DNA of 64,000 nt from Octopus vulgaris. Taxonomy: Eukaryota. Position numbers and translations under genes: made by a program. The stretch spans positions 12,772,001 through 12,836,000 of the forward strand of contig OX597825.1 of NCBI GenBank assembly GCA_951406725.2, given 5' to 3'. A model generated the notes under the pieces. That model worked only from the letters and a program-made list of their open reading frames with translations, was not told the origin of the DNA and did not search any database. This document shows positions 27,896-41,415 of the stretch, piece after piece. Position 1 is the stretch's first letter; every line of letters starts with the position of its first letter.

Positions 27896-28223
27896 TATTT
27901 TAATTCTGTCACGACTGACTGCGAACGCTTAGCTAGCAATCGCGTGTGTGTTTGTGTGAGTCTCTGTATGCTTGTGTGTGTGCGTCTGTGTGAATGTGTC
28001 TGCGTGAGTGTGCGCTTGCAAGAGCGTGTACAAGAGCGACCCATCTTTTGCCTGTGCTATATAAAAGCAGCTGGTTTGCAGACACTAAGTTGTTTAGCAC
28101 TTTTCTCAAACTGACAACATGATGACAATAGCTGCCATCACCATTGTCGCCAACTAATATTATTTCATCGTCTTTCTTCACTCTCGCTTCTCATTATGTC
28201 TTGTCAACTCTCTCTTTTCCACT

Positions 28224-28260
<37 letters not shown>

Positions 28261-28321
28261 CCATCGTGAACATGATCATGATCATCATCATCATCATCAA
28301 TATATATGTATACTCTTTAGT

Positions 28322-28734
28322 CTCTTTTACTCTTTTACTTGTTTCAGTCATTTGGCTGAGGCCATGCTGGAGCACCGCCTTTTTAGTCGAGCAAATCGAC
28401 CCCGGGACTTATTCTTTGTAATCCCAGTACATATTCTATCGGTCTCTTTTGCCGAACTGCTAAGTGACGAGGACGTAAACACACCAGCATCGGTTGTCAA
28501 GAAATGCTAGAGGGACAAACACAGACACGCAAACATATACACACACATACATATATATATATATACATATATACGACAGGCTTCTTTCAGTTTCCGTCTA
28601 CCAAATCCACTCACAAGGCTTTGGTCGGCCCGAGGCTATAGCAGAAGACACTTGCCCAAGATGCCACGCAGTGGGACTGAACCCGGAACCATGTGGTTGG
28701 TTAGCAAGCTACTTACCACACAGCCACTCCTGCG

Positions 28735-28737
<3 letters not shown>
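28322..28737 (-). mobile_element. SINE family B, full length
   Basis: Same head, B-box and tail as the 26388 copy. Confidence 0.85.
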
Positions 28738-28776
<39 letters not shown>

Positions 28777-28874
28777 ACACACACACACACGAGGGATGCG
28801 GGGAAGCTCCTGGCCTTAAGGGCATCGCGAAAAGTCTGATTGGAGCCCCAACCTTCTGACTTCACACACGCACG

Positions 28875-28941
<67 letters not shown>

Positions 28942-29107
28942 ACTTATACATATATTGCGTGTTCGTTTCTCTTTTGTTTTCCCATCTGTGATTTTATTTT
29001 TGCTCTTCTATATATATGAAGCTATTACCTCCGTCTGGGTGTTTTTTCCTTCTTCAAAACAAGAAGTTACGTTGCAGAACTCTTATTTTAACGAATTTTA
29101 TCTATTT

Positions 29108-29213
29108 ATCACCAGATGAGATATATCTGCACCGCCGGATGCTCCTGAACCAGTTGTTGAGCCACCCATCCATGAGGCATCGATGCTAGATGTGTCGAAA
29201 CAATTGTCGTGAT
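29108..29213 (+). ncRNA. Type I hammerhead-like motif with a long stem II insertion (U4>A core variant)
   Basis: aucac-CAGAUGA-gauauaucu...agauguguc-GAAAC-aauu-GUC-gugau. Lies in an island ending at TA-rich microsatellite (~29283). Confidence 0.6.
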
Positions 29214-29404
29214 TAATAATAAACTATCATATATTCCATCTTCCGTCTTTCATTAATATACCGATCACTGTGAAAGTGACCGTATATACATACATATATA
29301 TATGTATATACATACATATATATACATATATATACATATATATACATATACATACATATATATACATACATATGCATACATACATACATACATACCTACA
29401 TACA

Positions 29405-29452
<48 letters not shown>

Positions 29453-29937
29453 TATATATACATATATGTATGTATGTATGTGTATGTGTGTGTATACATA
29501 TATATATATATATAATTTGTTTATTTATAACATTATTGAAACTAGAAAAAATTTACGAAGATTACAAACTTTCGGTTTTGTATCAAGAAGTTCTAGAAAG
29601 TATCTATATCTACTAATTGCAAGTTATACATAGCCTATCAAATGTTTTTCCCTCATTACATGAAACATGACTGTTTCTTTTTTTTTTTTTTTTTGTTACA
29701 ACGCACCTGAATTTTCCAACAGCGATATCGTACACATTCATCGAGGGCAATAAAATATTGATCAAACTTGTTAAACATTTGTTCAAGTGTATTTGCTTGT
29801 TTGAATCGATTGTGTCCAGTACGATGGCAAGCGGCTTTTAGTATATTTATTTTATTTTCATTGTGAGTTCAAATGTCTCCGAAGACGAATTTGTGACTCA
29901 TCAATTCAGTTATCTGTAAACAAAAATATCAGGCATA

Positions 29938-30807
29938 CGATAGTGTACCGAAAAGAAACCGGAATTTCACGATATTATTTTCTTAATTGTATATATTCAT
30001 ACTTTTATTGTCTTCAAAGTATTCTCCATTTGAAACAGTGCATCGGTTCAGACGCGTTTTGCAAAGCAGTGCTGGAACTCTTGCGAAATGATGCCTTTTA
30101 ATGCCTCCATCATTTTTTCTTCCCCTCTTCCACGTCGGCAAATTCCGTAGCGCCAGATTTCGTCACCAATGAGGACCTTAGTAAGAGGGTCCGGGTCAGT
30201 TTCTAACTCTTCTTTCAGTTCACTAGATGCATTCAGTTGTAACTGTTTTTGACCTTCCACAAGCAAATGAGGCACAGATTTTGCTGCAACTCTTTTCATT
30301 CGCAATTCCTCGCTCAAAATTCGTTGGCAAGAACTCCAGGACACAGCAGCTATATCAACAGACTCGTCAATTGTTCGGTGATTGTCCTTCAGGGTCAGTT
30401 CATGAATTTTCATGATGTTTTCATTCGTGTGGGAGGTCGACGGACGCTCTGAACGAGACAAGTGACCCTTCCCATAGCGTGAAAACCACACATAAACTTA
30501 TATTTTGACCCTGGCAGAATCCTTTTCGAAGCGCGACAATTGTTTCGGCCGTTATTTTCCTCAGGAGAAAACAGAAATTCACGGAAGCATGCTGTTCCTT
30601 CGTTTCAGCCATCATAAAAGGCGACGAACAGGGGAGTAGAACTGCAAAGCAAATACGGACCCCGAGACAGTATGACTCCACTCGACGATGCCGGTTGGTA
30701 TACTAATGCCTCAAGGTGGCATGAAGTGGCTTCTAGTGGCAGAATCCTGAACTACAAATGGTTTATTCCACAGAGAACGTTTCTGGTTACTTTTGGGCAT
30801 TCCCTCT
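29938..30807 (-). mobile_element. Decayed mariner (DD34D-type), internally deleted
   Basis: TA-flanked imperfect TIRs. Peptides EQHASVNFCFLLRKITAET and SWSSCQRILSEELRMKRVAAKSVPHLL...LTKVLIGDEIW (WVP-like linker and TGDE motif). Confidence 0.85.
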
Positions 30808-32332
30808 TATTTTAGGGTCGATTAGTAAATTTTTCCTTCTCAAAATCCGTGCAATTTTTTTCCTCCATGCAAAAAATCCCACCCATTAATATACGCTAGG
30901 GGAAATAACTCTGAGTGAGCCATTGTCGTAGTGTTGACGTTTCACCACTAACAGGATAAACAACATTATTTCTTCTTTGACCGCTGAGTCTACGAAAAGG
31001 AGTTACAATTTAGATGTGATTTCGATGCACAAATCTCCGATATCCAAGTGGCGCTCATGTTTCATGACCATGAAGCAGCCTGAGTCCACCTTAGAGTGTA
31101 GAAAGCTAAGGGACGGAAGACTTACCTCATTTTTGTACGGTATTCTACTATGAGGACCTTCGGTTATTTTTCTCTCAGGAGAATTCCTTATCAACAAATC
31201 TGTTTTTATATGCATGCGTGTGTCTATATGTCTTGTGTGTCTGTGTATGTGCGTGCGTGTGTTGAGTACTGGTGCGCATGTCTGAGCGTATAAAATGGCA
31301 GTGGATTCTCTGAACCGACTGAGATTCAATGGGAAGTGAATCGCTGTATTCTGTTTCTTTACGTAGCCAATTGTTACAGCAGCAAGGTCGATAAACTAAA
31401 ATACCAATCAAAAACCGTGTATTGGTCTAATAGACTACGTTTTCCGCCAAAATGATTGGCTTTTTGCCTAGGTTGGAAAATCAATATTTATATGTATGTG
31501 TAGGAAAAAATTAAATGATAACCTTTAAAATATATAATTTTTATTTTTATTTCATTTTATATTATATTTTTATATATTTTTTTTTTACTTTAAGTTCTAT
31601 ACCTATTTCCTTTACTTTTTATGTTTATTATTTCATTCTTATTTATTTATTGCTATTGTAACTATTCGCTTTAAATTACTTTGTAATATCCTTACAGCAT
31701 AAATCTCTTTGTAACTTTCTGACAGCCACATCATTATTTCCTGTAATTGAATTATATACGTATCTAAATTTGTTTTTGAATATATTTATTGATTTTTGAA
31801 CGAAAAAATATTATTCATTTAATTATTAGTTCTCATTTTAGTTTCATATTAATAAAGAAGCAAATTAGCTAGAAAAGGAAAATTATTTAACCCGATGGCA
31901 ATTCCAGTGTTTTCAGCCCTAAATTTTCTACAATAACCATTATATAAAGCTTCTTTGCTATTCATTATTACACCACAAAATAAAACATCCTTTATGTTTT
32001 ACAGTTTTACTAATCTTATTATCTATCATATTCTTTCTTTTGAGAAATTCGTTCAATTTCAATAAATATATTTTTGTTTTTGTGCTGAAATTTTGATGTA
32101 TAATATGCTTAAGTCGCTCTCACTCTCTCTCTCTCTCGCCCACCTCTTTCTCTAACGCCACACACGCGCAAACATGTACACATATATATACACATATACA
32201 CAAATACATGTGCACACATTCGTGTGTGTGTGTGAATGTAATGCATTGTTAACGAACGATCCGGGCAAACTTTTCATACATATTTCAATTTAATAACTGA
32301 TATGTGTATTTATATATGTATATATATGTATG

Positions 32333-32400
<68 letters not shown>

Positions 32401-32411
32401 TTTTAGTGTAA

Positions 32412-32648
32412 ATAATTTAGTGTAAACAGTTAGTTACATTACAAAATTTTACTACTTGTTATGTTGGTCGTAGTCTGTCGGTAATTTTCATTAAAGTATA
32501 TGCTACTACTTATCCTTTTGGATGTTTTATCGTTTATATGTTACCACCTTCTTTCAGTCGCTAGAGTACAATAACTCCAAACTATTTAGCAAACACACCG
32601 GGAAATTTAAGTACAGAGCCAGGGTCACAATGACATATATATATGTAT

Positions 32649-32710
<62 letters not shown>

Positions 32711-32839
32711 AAAGGATGTGTTTTAATACTATTCCACACCCATACCAACAATGCAAAATGCCTCCATCATCAGCTGCCCCGCAGATATCATTGTGGTTTT
32801 GACACCATTCAATCCGGTGGTGCCATCAGCACTAAAATA

Positions 32840-32891
<52 letters not shown>

Positions 32892-33133
32892 AATATGTTA
32901 CATTACTCGATAGTCAAGATAAAACTTTGAGTTTCAGATGCCGAAGTGGAAATCCACCACACCATCTCTTCGGTTATCTGGCTATTTTATAGTGGATTTC
33001 CACTTCGGCATCTGAAACTCAGAGTTTTATCTTGACTATCGAGTAATGTAACATATTATTGTATAGATAAATTTCCTCTATTTACATAATATTGAGGTCT
33101 CTTTCTTTCTTTTGTTATCTTACCGTTTTATCA

Positions 33134-33164
<31 letters not shown>

Positions 33165-33381
33165 ATTGTGACTCTGGATCTGTACTTAAATTTCCTGGTG
33201 TATTTGCTAAATAGTTTGGAGTTATTGTACTCTAGCGACTGAAAGGTGATAACATATAAACGATAAAACATCCAAAAGGATAGATAGTAGCATATACTTG
33301 AATGAAATTTACCGACAGACTACGACCAACATAACAAGTAGTAAAATTTTGCAATGTAACTAACTGTTTACACTAAATTAT
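32412..33381. repeat. Nested fold-back: outer ~222-bp inverted arms around TA arrays and an inner inverted element
   Basis: 32412-32635 is the reverse complement of 33161-33381 (~10 substitutions plus a 3-bp indel, counted by eye). Confidence 0.9.
32884..33134. mobile_element. Penelope-like inverted pLTR remnant with hammerhead-like motif (32917-32979, minus)
   Basis: 74-bp arms 32884-32957 and 32992-33065. Minus strand reads agauaa-CCGAAGA-gaug...cauc-u-GAAAC-ucaaa-GUU-uuaucu. TA arrays on both sides. Confidence 0.6.
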
Positions 33382-33714
33382 CACAACAGATTTCATATAT
33401 CCCATGTTGAATGATTAGTGCTAACAACTAATTAAATGTTTCAAGCTAATGAGGTTTTTCTATAAACTGAGTTGACTTGTTATAGATATATATATATTGC
33501 GACTAAATTTCTCTCGTATCATAACTTGCGTATGAAATATGAATGGGTGTCCTGGCCAATGTCGTCTTGCATATATGTAAACACGATCTGCTCACGGCGA
33601 GATTGCTTTAATGTAGGAATTTGGATGGCAGTAGGACTGCTGCCATAAAACATCATTTTCGTAATTAACAACAACAACAACAACAAAATGCTGCTGAGAA
33701 AGTAACAAGGAATA

Positions 33715-34140
33715 ATAATTCCAAATTTTGGCAACAGGCCATTAATTTCTATGAAGAGGGTAAGCCGATTACATCGACAGCAGATTTCCACTGGTATATA
33801 TTTTATCGAGTTCGAAAGGATGAAAGACAAAGTCGATCTCGGTTGAAGTTGAAATCACAACATTCAGACGGATGAAATGCTGCTAAGCATTTTTTCCGGC
33901 GTGCTTACGATTCTGCCTGCTCAACGCCTTATTAGCTAGAAATATTAATGAACTTAAACCACTCTTTAAGGTGGCGAGCTGTCAGGACCGTTAATGTATC
34001 AGACATGTTTCCTACACTTTATGTTCTTAGTTCAAATCCCGCCGAGGTCAATTTTCCTTTCATTTCTTCAAAGAAATAAAACAAAGAACCAGTAAGCGAC
34101 GGGGATCAATGTAACCCAATTCCCCCCAAGATTGCTGGCT
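33715..34140. mobile_element. Two degenerate SINE A copies, head-to-head
   Basis: 33715-33931(-) and 33967-34140(+) each retain head and core motifs. Confidence 0.6.
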
Positions 34141-34599
34141 GTGAAACCTGCTTATGGATTGGTGTGTTGCTCAGGGAAAATGGTGTTATCTCCGTCATTT
34201 ATACGCCATAGAAACCGGTTCATCGGCCTTCTGAATCCAAGGGCTCGACAAAAATAAAGCAAATATTCACCAGGTTTCCAAAACCCATCTATCCCCTACA
34301 AAAACAAAATGATCGCTTACATAGCTCTTGCACTATATGAAAATGTGATGGAATCTACTAAGCAATTTGAAGTAAGAAAACTTCACGTCTTTTGGTAGCG
34401 ATAAATCTGAGGAAATGCGTCAAGTTACTGAAAGAAAAGAAGAACTTACTGGAACAAATAAAGAGTAATGTGAAGCAAAACAGACATTATTCGATATTGG
34501 TCCTATATCTGGTTCAAACCAAATACTTAAGTATAATAGTGGTTTGTCTGTATAACACCTCCGTCTTTTGCTCAGTATTTCTGTCTATCTGTCTCCCTC

Positions 34600-34648
<49 letters not shown>

Positions 34649-34735
34649 TCTATCTGGACGTTTTGTTGTCCCTTTTTCTATCACCTAGTCTGTCCGGATG
34701 TTTTGCGTTCTTGTCCCATTTTGTAAATATATATA

Positions 34736-34874
34736 TACCAAATCCACTCACAAGGCTTTAGTCGGTCCGAGACTATAGAAGAAGACAGTTGCCCAAGGTG
34801 CCATGCAGTGGGAATGAACCCGGAACCATGTGGTTGGTAAGCAAGCTACTTACCACACAGCAACTCCTGCGCCT
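34736..34874 (-). mobile_element. SINE family B 5' portion
   Basis: ccaaatccactcacaaggc...cttaccacacagcaactcctgcgcct. Confidence 0.8.
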
Positions 34875-34876
34875 AT

Positions 34877-34917
<41 letters not shown>

Positions 34918-36120
34918 GAGAGAGAGAGAGAGAGGGGGGGGGAGAGAGCGGAAAAGAAAGGGAAACACAGAGGAAAAGAGAGATTGTGTATGTACACTCT
35001 CATTCTACATTCTATATTTAAGAAAATAAATCATAATGTATATTATAATTATTTAAATTATTGAATACTAATACGATATGAATAAAATGAATGAAATAGA
35101 ATAGGAATGAAAATAAGGAACTGATATACATATCCTAGATTATCATATATCTGAAAGAAATGCTGAATATATGTTCATTTAGTGTAAAGAAATGAGGTCG
35201 TGTACTTAGTTATTAATTATAGAAAACTACGCTATATACACAACGGCAGCGAAATAACAATCCCAAGGAAAGCCGTATTAAAGCGAAATTTTTATCTCAG
35301 ATTATAGTCTTAAATATCATTGAGATCCTTCGAATGCACAAATATTGAATAATTTCAAATCTATTCATCTCTGGATTATTCGTTATCTTAGTGTTTTTTT
35401 TGTTTGTTTGTTTGTTTGCTATATTTTTTTTTTTACTTCTTTTTACAGAATATAGACCAAAATTGTGTTCGATTCTCCGTCATATCTATAACAGATAAAA
35501 ATTGAGGAACCGCTAAAGTTCAACAGGTTTATAATTTTTTTCTCACTCTTTCTAACACTCACATCCTACTCTCTCCCACTATGCTTCTATCTCTGTCCTT
35601 TATCTGTCTACTTTTTTTCTCTCTCACTTTTCCCCTTCGCGTTGGCACATTTCCTATATTACCTCAATATCCATAGAATGTTCAGCGACAACTCTTTGTC
35701 TGTATGTTGACAGTAGCAGCTGCATCATAGCCGTTACTACTTGTTAAATGTTCTCACAGTGCACAGTTATTAATAGTTTCAAGATGTTTACTGGTGCTAA
35801 AGCTTGAAGAATTATTTCATAAGACATCTGCATGTACTTCAAAGAAGCTTCTATCAGTATCAGATGCCATCTGAAATCGTCAAGTGAAATTATGTCGGAA
35901 GCGAAAGTTATTTAGACATCCATATTGTATTACTCTTTTACTCATTTTCGTATCAGATTCGTCTGAATTCCATCACTTTTCTGACAGAGAATCCTATTTT
36001 CAGACTAAATATTTTATCACATGAGGTTAATAGCGAACATAGGACACGAACTCAGTAAATTAACAAAGAATGAAAGTCAGGTAATTGATCTAAATGTCTA
36101 GTTTCAAACCCGAAATCTCA

Positions 36121-36149
36121 TAATAAATAATAATAATAATAATAATAAT

Positions 36150-36193
<44 letters not shown>

Positions 36194-36237
36194 TGATGAT
36201 AATAATAATAATAATAATGATGATGATGATAATGATG

Positions 36238-36275
<38 letters not shown>

Positions 36276-36321
36276 GATAATAATAATAATAATAATGATG
36301 ATAATAATAATAATAATAATG

Positions 36322-36368
<47 letters not shown>

Positions 36369-36381
36369 GATAATGGTAATC

Positions 36382-36428
<47 letters not shown>

Positions 36429-36453
36429 CATAATCATAATCATAATAATAATC

Positions 36454-36502
<49 letters not shown>

Positions 36503-36543
36503 CAACAACAACAACAACAACAATAATAATAGTAATAATAATA
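36121..36543. repeat. (AAT/GAT/AAC)n triplet microsatellite
   Basis: Direct reading. Confidence 0.95.
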
Positions 36544-36828
36544 AAAATATTGCCGTTTTCAAAGCCGGCGAAATATCTTATAAGTTTTATATGTGAAGAA
36601 AACAGAATGAGAGATAATATAAGTCATACGATGTTATAGATTATTGTTATAATTTTTGCGAAATCTGTCTGTAAAGAAACTTCTGGTTTGTGACGCATCA
36701 CCCTCTTTGCCTCTCACTTAATACAGACACACACATACATTTCTCAAGACTATCATTACAGACACTGGAACAAAAAGATTAATCCTTCCTCTCCTTCTCT
36801 CTTTCTCTCTGATTCTTTCCCAATCCCC

Positions 36829-36882
<54 letters not shown>

Positions 36883-37271
36883 ATCTATGTAATGACACAT
36901 GCGTTTACACACAGTTATATAGATAAGAATATCACACCAGTCTCGTCTGTTTGTCTATATTTATACATAAATATGTATGTATGTAGACGAACACATATTT
37001 CTCTAAAGTTTATTGTGTAATTCTAACGATATTTGAGCAACAACAATAAGTACAGCACGAATTATTGCGGGACAAACATGTCTTATCAATTGGCAAAGCA
37101 GCAAATACTTATGCGATTTTTTTAAGGTAGTCAATTTGATATAAGTATTTATGCTGACGTAATAGGCGAAATTCTGATAAAAAGCTATGCACGCTTAGAC
37201 AAGATTTATGCGTAAATATGTAGACATGTGGCATAAAGCATATATTTAAGATGCTTACAGGACCGTTTGTA

Positions 37272-37658
37272 CTCTTTTCTAGGCACAAGATCCGAAATTT
37301 TGGGGGAGGGGGCCAGTCGATTACATCGACCCCAGAATGCAACTGGTATTTAATTTATCGACGCCGAAAAGATGAAAGGCAAAGTCGACCTCGAGGGAAT
37401 TTGAACTCAGAACGTAAAGACAGACGAAATACTGATTTCTTTACTACCCATAAGGGGCTAAACACAGAGGGGACAAACAAGGACAAACAAATGGATTCAG
37501 TCGATTACGTCGACCCCAGTGTGTAACTGGTACTTAATTTATCGACCCCGAAAGGATGAAAGGCAAAGTCGACTTCGGCGGAAATTTGAACTCAGAACGT
37601 AATGACAGACGATATACCGTTAAGCATTTAGCCCGGTGTGCTAACGGTTCTGTCGCCT
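37272..37658 (-). mobile_element. SINE family A dimer with alternative terminal tail
   Basis: Same layout as 19781-20174. Confidence 0.8.
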
Positions 37659-38740
37659 AGATGACTGTCTATATTGGGTTCAGGTGGAATTCGGCCTTGC
37701 TGACATTATGTTCCTTAGTTTGGTGATTCAGCCGGGATCAGAGTATACGCACCAGATACAAAGATATAAGTGCTGGTCTCGATGTGACCCATATGCCGCC
37801 TCCTTGGCATCAGAGCCACATCCCTAGCGCCCATCGCCATCCCGTACCACCACAGGCATAGACCACATTTTGCAGCGAATTCAAAACCACTGTATTTCAC
37901 AAATAAAACTGAACTTAATCAACGAAATTAACCTAATTAATACATTATTTTGTTGTGCTTGCATGCATTGCCCACTTCAGACCATCTTATTATCACTCCA
38001 CTTCAAAGCCCCTCTTGGGTCCTCCCCCACCGAGGGGCTGTATGGTCCACTTTGGGAACTATTGGTTTAAGCCAATGATACTAAACTATTTTTCGTCTAT
38101 GAACCACTTCAATTCCAAGTTCACGCTTATAGCCATTCGATCTGGTTTTAAAATCCCGATCTGGCCAAATTTATACCACACTATAATTACTGCTGAGCGG
38201 TATTTCTCCCGTCCTCACATTCTAAGTTCAAATAAACCTAGGGTCGACTTTGCATTTCATCCCTTCGGAATAAAATAAGTACCAGTTGTGTGCTGGAGTC
38301 GATATACTCAACTATTTCGTCTCCCTCCAAATTTGAGGCCTTGTACCTATAAAAGAAAAGATTATTGGATTATTGAATAAAAGAAAAAAACATTGTTAAA
38401 AAATTTCGTGTATTGTAGGAGTTTAACCAAATGATTGTTCATAGATCTTAACAAAATACGCTTATTTGGACCAACAAAGGTCATACGGAATCTCAAGCGT
38501 TTTACGGACATCGATTGAGAACAAACCATCTCAACCCTTCAGAACATTGCATCAGCTTGGCCGCACACCAGTGACTGAAACAAATTAAACAATACATACA
38601 TGCATACATAAAATGTGTGAGAACATATATATATATAAATAACTAAATCTTAGGGTACCAAAAAAAACATTTTAGAAAAATGCTTTGCTACCAGTGGTCT
38701 AGCGAGTCAAAAGACTATATATTATTCATAGAAAAATACG

Positions 38741-38801
38741 GTGTACATTTAAGCACATAAGAGAAGACCATAATAGGATATCTCTTATGTGCTTAAATGT
38801 A

Positions 38802-38804
<3 letters not shown>
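38741..38804. repeat. Short fold-back abutting (TA)n
   Basis: Perfect 24-bp arms gtgtacatttaagcacataagaga / tctcttatgtgcttaaatgtacac with a 16-nt spacer. Confidence 0.85.
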
Positions 38805-38848
<44 letters not shown>

Positions 38849-39490
38849 TGAAACGTGTTATCAAAAAGGAGATAAATGTCACTAAATATCTGTCACTAGC
38901 TGTCAGAACATGTCACTGAGAGTGAGAATACCTCGTATTTCTAGAAATTTAGGTGTCATATTTGTGTGTGTATGTATGTGTGTCAATGTTTTTATGGTTA
39001 GTCATAATAAAAACAAGTCTGCATTAATTTCGTAGGTTACTCTATACTTTTGAAAAGTAAAAATTTAATATTCTCAAACAACAACATCATTGACAGTAAC
39101 TTCGAAGTTTCTAAAATAACTAAAACTAATAGCAATACGAAAAGAGAAACGACTAAATATCCATATCTACTTACAAAGTTGCGCATGAAAGAATAAATTC
39201 TAAACCATAACAGAACCCCAGATTTTATCAATAAAAATTTCTCCAAAACACATCTCCGTAAAAAATTCCCCTACAAATTAATTAGCACTCCTCTCAATTC
39301 TACTCAGTAGAAACTATAAATAGCTAAGATTCACTTCAATTTATCGTGGAGCTTCGTGGAGCTTCGTTTTCGCTCAATAAACACTCACGACGACCAGTCA
39401 AAGATTCGAAACCGCGATCTTACGAACTCTACACATGCACACACATATATAGCGGTGGTATATATGTATGCATGCGTATATCTAAGTATT

Positions 39491-39550
<60 letters not shown>

Positions 39551-39613
39551 AATAGATAGATAGATAGATATATACACATATACAAATACATACATACTAT
39601 GTGTTTATGTATT

Positions 39614-39694
<81 letters not shown>

Positions 39695-39708
39695 ATGTGT
39701 GTGCGTGT

Positions 39709-39929
39709 AAGGCGGCGAGCTGGCAGAAACGTTAGCACGCCGGGCAAAATCCGTAGCCGTGTTTCGTCTGCCGTTACGTTCTGAGTTCAAATTCCGCCGA
39801 GGTCGACTTTGCCTTTCATCCTTTCGGGGTCGATAAATTAAGTACCAGTTACACACTGGGGTCGATATAATCGATTTAATCTGTCTGTTTGTCCCCTCTA
39901 CGTTTAGCCCTTTGTGGGTAATAAAGAAA
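39709..39929 (+). mobile_element. SINE family A monomer, full length
   Basis: Head, B-box, core and tail all present. Confidence 0.9.
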
Positions 39930-40318
39930 CATATATATGTGTGTGTGTGTGTATGCATGTATATATATATATAAAATTTGTGTGCACATACGTTTGTTTA
40001 TATATACATATATATATATATATGTATGTATATATGTTTATGCATATCTGTGTGTGAGTACAAACACACACACGTATATTGTTATTAATTTCAATAAATT
40101 ATTATTTGCAGTATATCCCACTCGCGTCTTTGTCTGTAATACTTTAACCTTGGAAAGAAATCGAAATAGTTATAATCTATACTATACACACAGCGTCTAT
40201 ATTATTCAGAAAACAATGGACTGATAAAACAATAGAACGAAATCGAACCCGCAATCAATTATAGATGCAGCATTTACACTATGCTTATTGTTCATAAAAC
40301 ACCGAAAAAAAATAAATA

Positions 40319-40544
40319 CTGCAATCCCTCGCCATATCGCGGTTCCCGTATCGCGGTTCACTTATCGCGGTTAATTATTTAAGCTTACATCGATACATTC
40401 GTGGTGTTGTTTTGTATTTATAATAAAATAGATATATACAAATTATGAAAGTAAAAAACAAATGCAGTGCTGTTTCTACTTCGTTGATTTTCATTTATCG
40501 CGGGGATTTTAGAACGTAACAGCCGCGATGATCGAGGCATCACA
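40319..40544. mobile_element. pogo/Tigger-like MITE
   Basis: TA-flanked ends ctgcaatccctcgccatatcgcgg / ccgcgatgatcgaggcatcaca with internal tatcgcgg repeats. Sister copy at 56861. Confidence 0.65.
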
Positions 40545-40567
40545 TACACACACACACACACATATAA

Positions 40568-41380
40568 CTCTCTTTTAACTCTTTTACTTGTTTCAGTCAT
40601 TTGACTGCGGCCATGCTGGAGCACCGCCTTTACTCGAGCTAATCAACCCCCGGGACTTATTCTTTGTAAGCCCAGTACTTATTCTATCGGTCCATTTTGC
40701 CGAACCGCTAAGTGACAGGGACGTAAACACACCAGCATCGGTTGTCAAGCAATGCTAGGGGGACAAACATAGACACACAAACACATACACACACACTTAT
40801 CTATATATATATGTATATACATATATACGACAGGCTTCTTTCAGTTTCCGTCTACCAAATCCACTCACATGGCATTGGTCCGCCCGGGGCTATAGCAGAA
40901 GACACTTGCCCAAGATGCCACGCAGTGGACTGAACCCGGAACCATGTGGTTAGTTAGCAAGCTACTTACCACACAGCCACTCCTGCATATGCTGTGTGGT
41001 AAGTAGCTTGCTTAGCAACTACATGGTTCCGGGTTCAGTCCCACTGCGTGGCAACTTGGGCAAGTGTCTTCTATTATAGCCTCGGGCCGACAAAAGCCTC
41101 CTGAGTGGATTTGGTAGACGCAAACAGAAAGAAACTCCTTGTATGTATGTATATATATATATATGTGTGTGTATATATGTTTGTGTTTTGTCCCTCCCCA
41201 CCGACATTGCTTGACAACCGATGCTGGTGTGTTTACGTACCCGGCACTTAGCGGTTCGGCGAAAGAGACCAATAGAATAAATATTAGGCTTACAAAGAAT
41301 AGGTCCTGGGGTTGATTTGCTCGACTAAAGGCGGTGCTCCAGCATGGCCACAGTCAAATGACCGAAACAAGTAAAAGAGT

Positions 41381-41388
<8 letters not shown>
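40568..41388. mobile_element. Two SINE B copies head-to-head: 40568-40986(-) and 40991-41388(+)
   Basis: Both near full length; the complementary arms are ~12 nt apart. Confidence 0.9.

Positions 41389-41415
<27 letters not shown>

Noticed and set aside
31126-31199. Possible minus-strand exon (cag|...GAG|GTAAGT; LLIRNSPERKITEGPHSRIPYKNE)
   Set aside because: Good donor but weak acceptor, no recognisable homology and no partner exons; needs RNA-seq.
37720-37890. GC-richer island with a 9-bp stem (gatgtgacc/agccacatc)
   Set aside because: Single copy, with no ribozyme core, splice signals or recognisable coding match.
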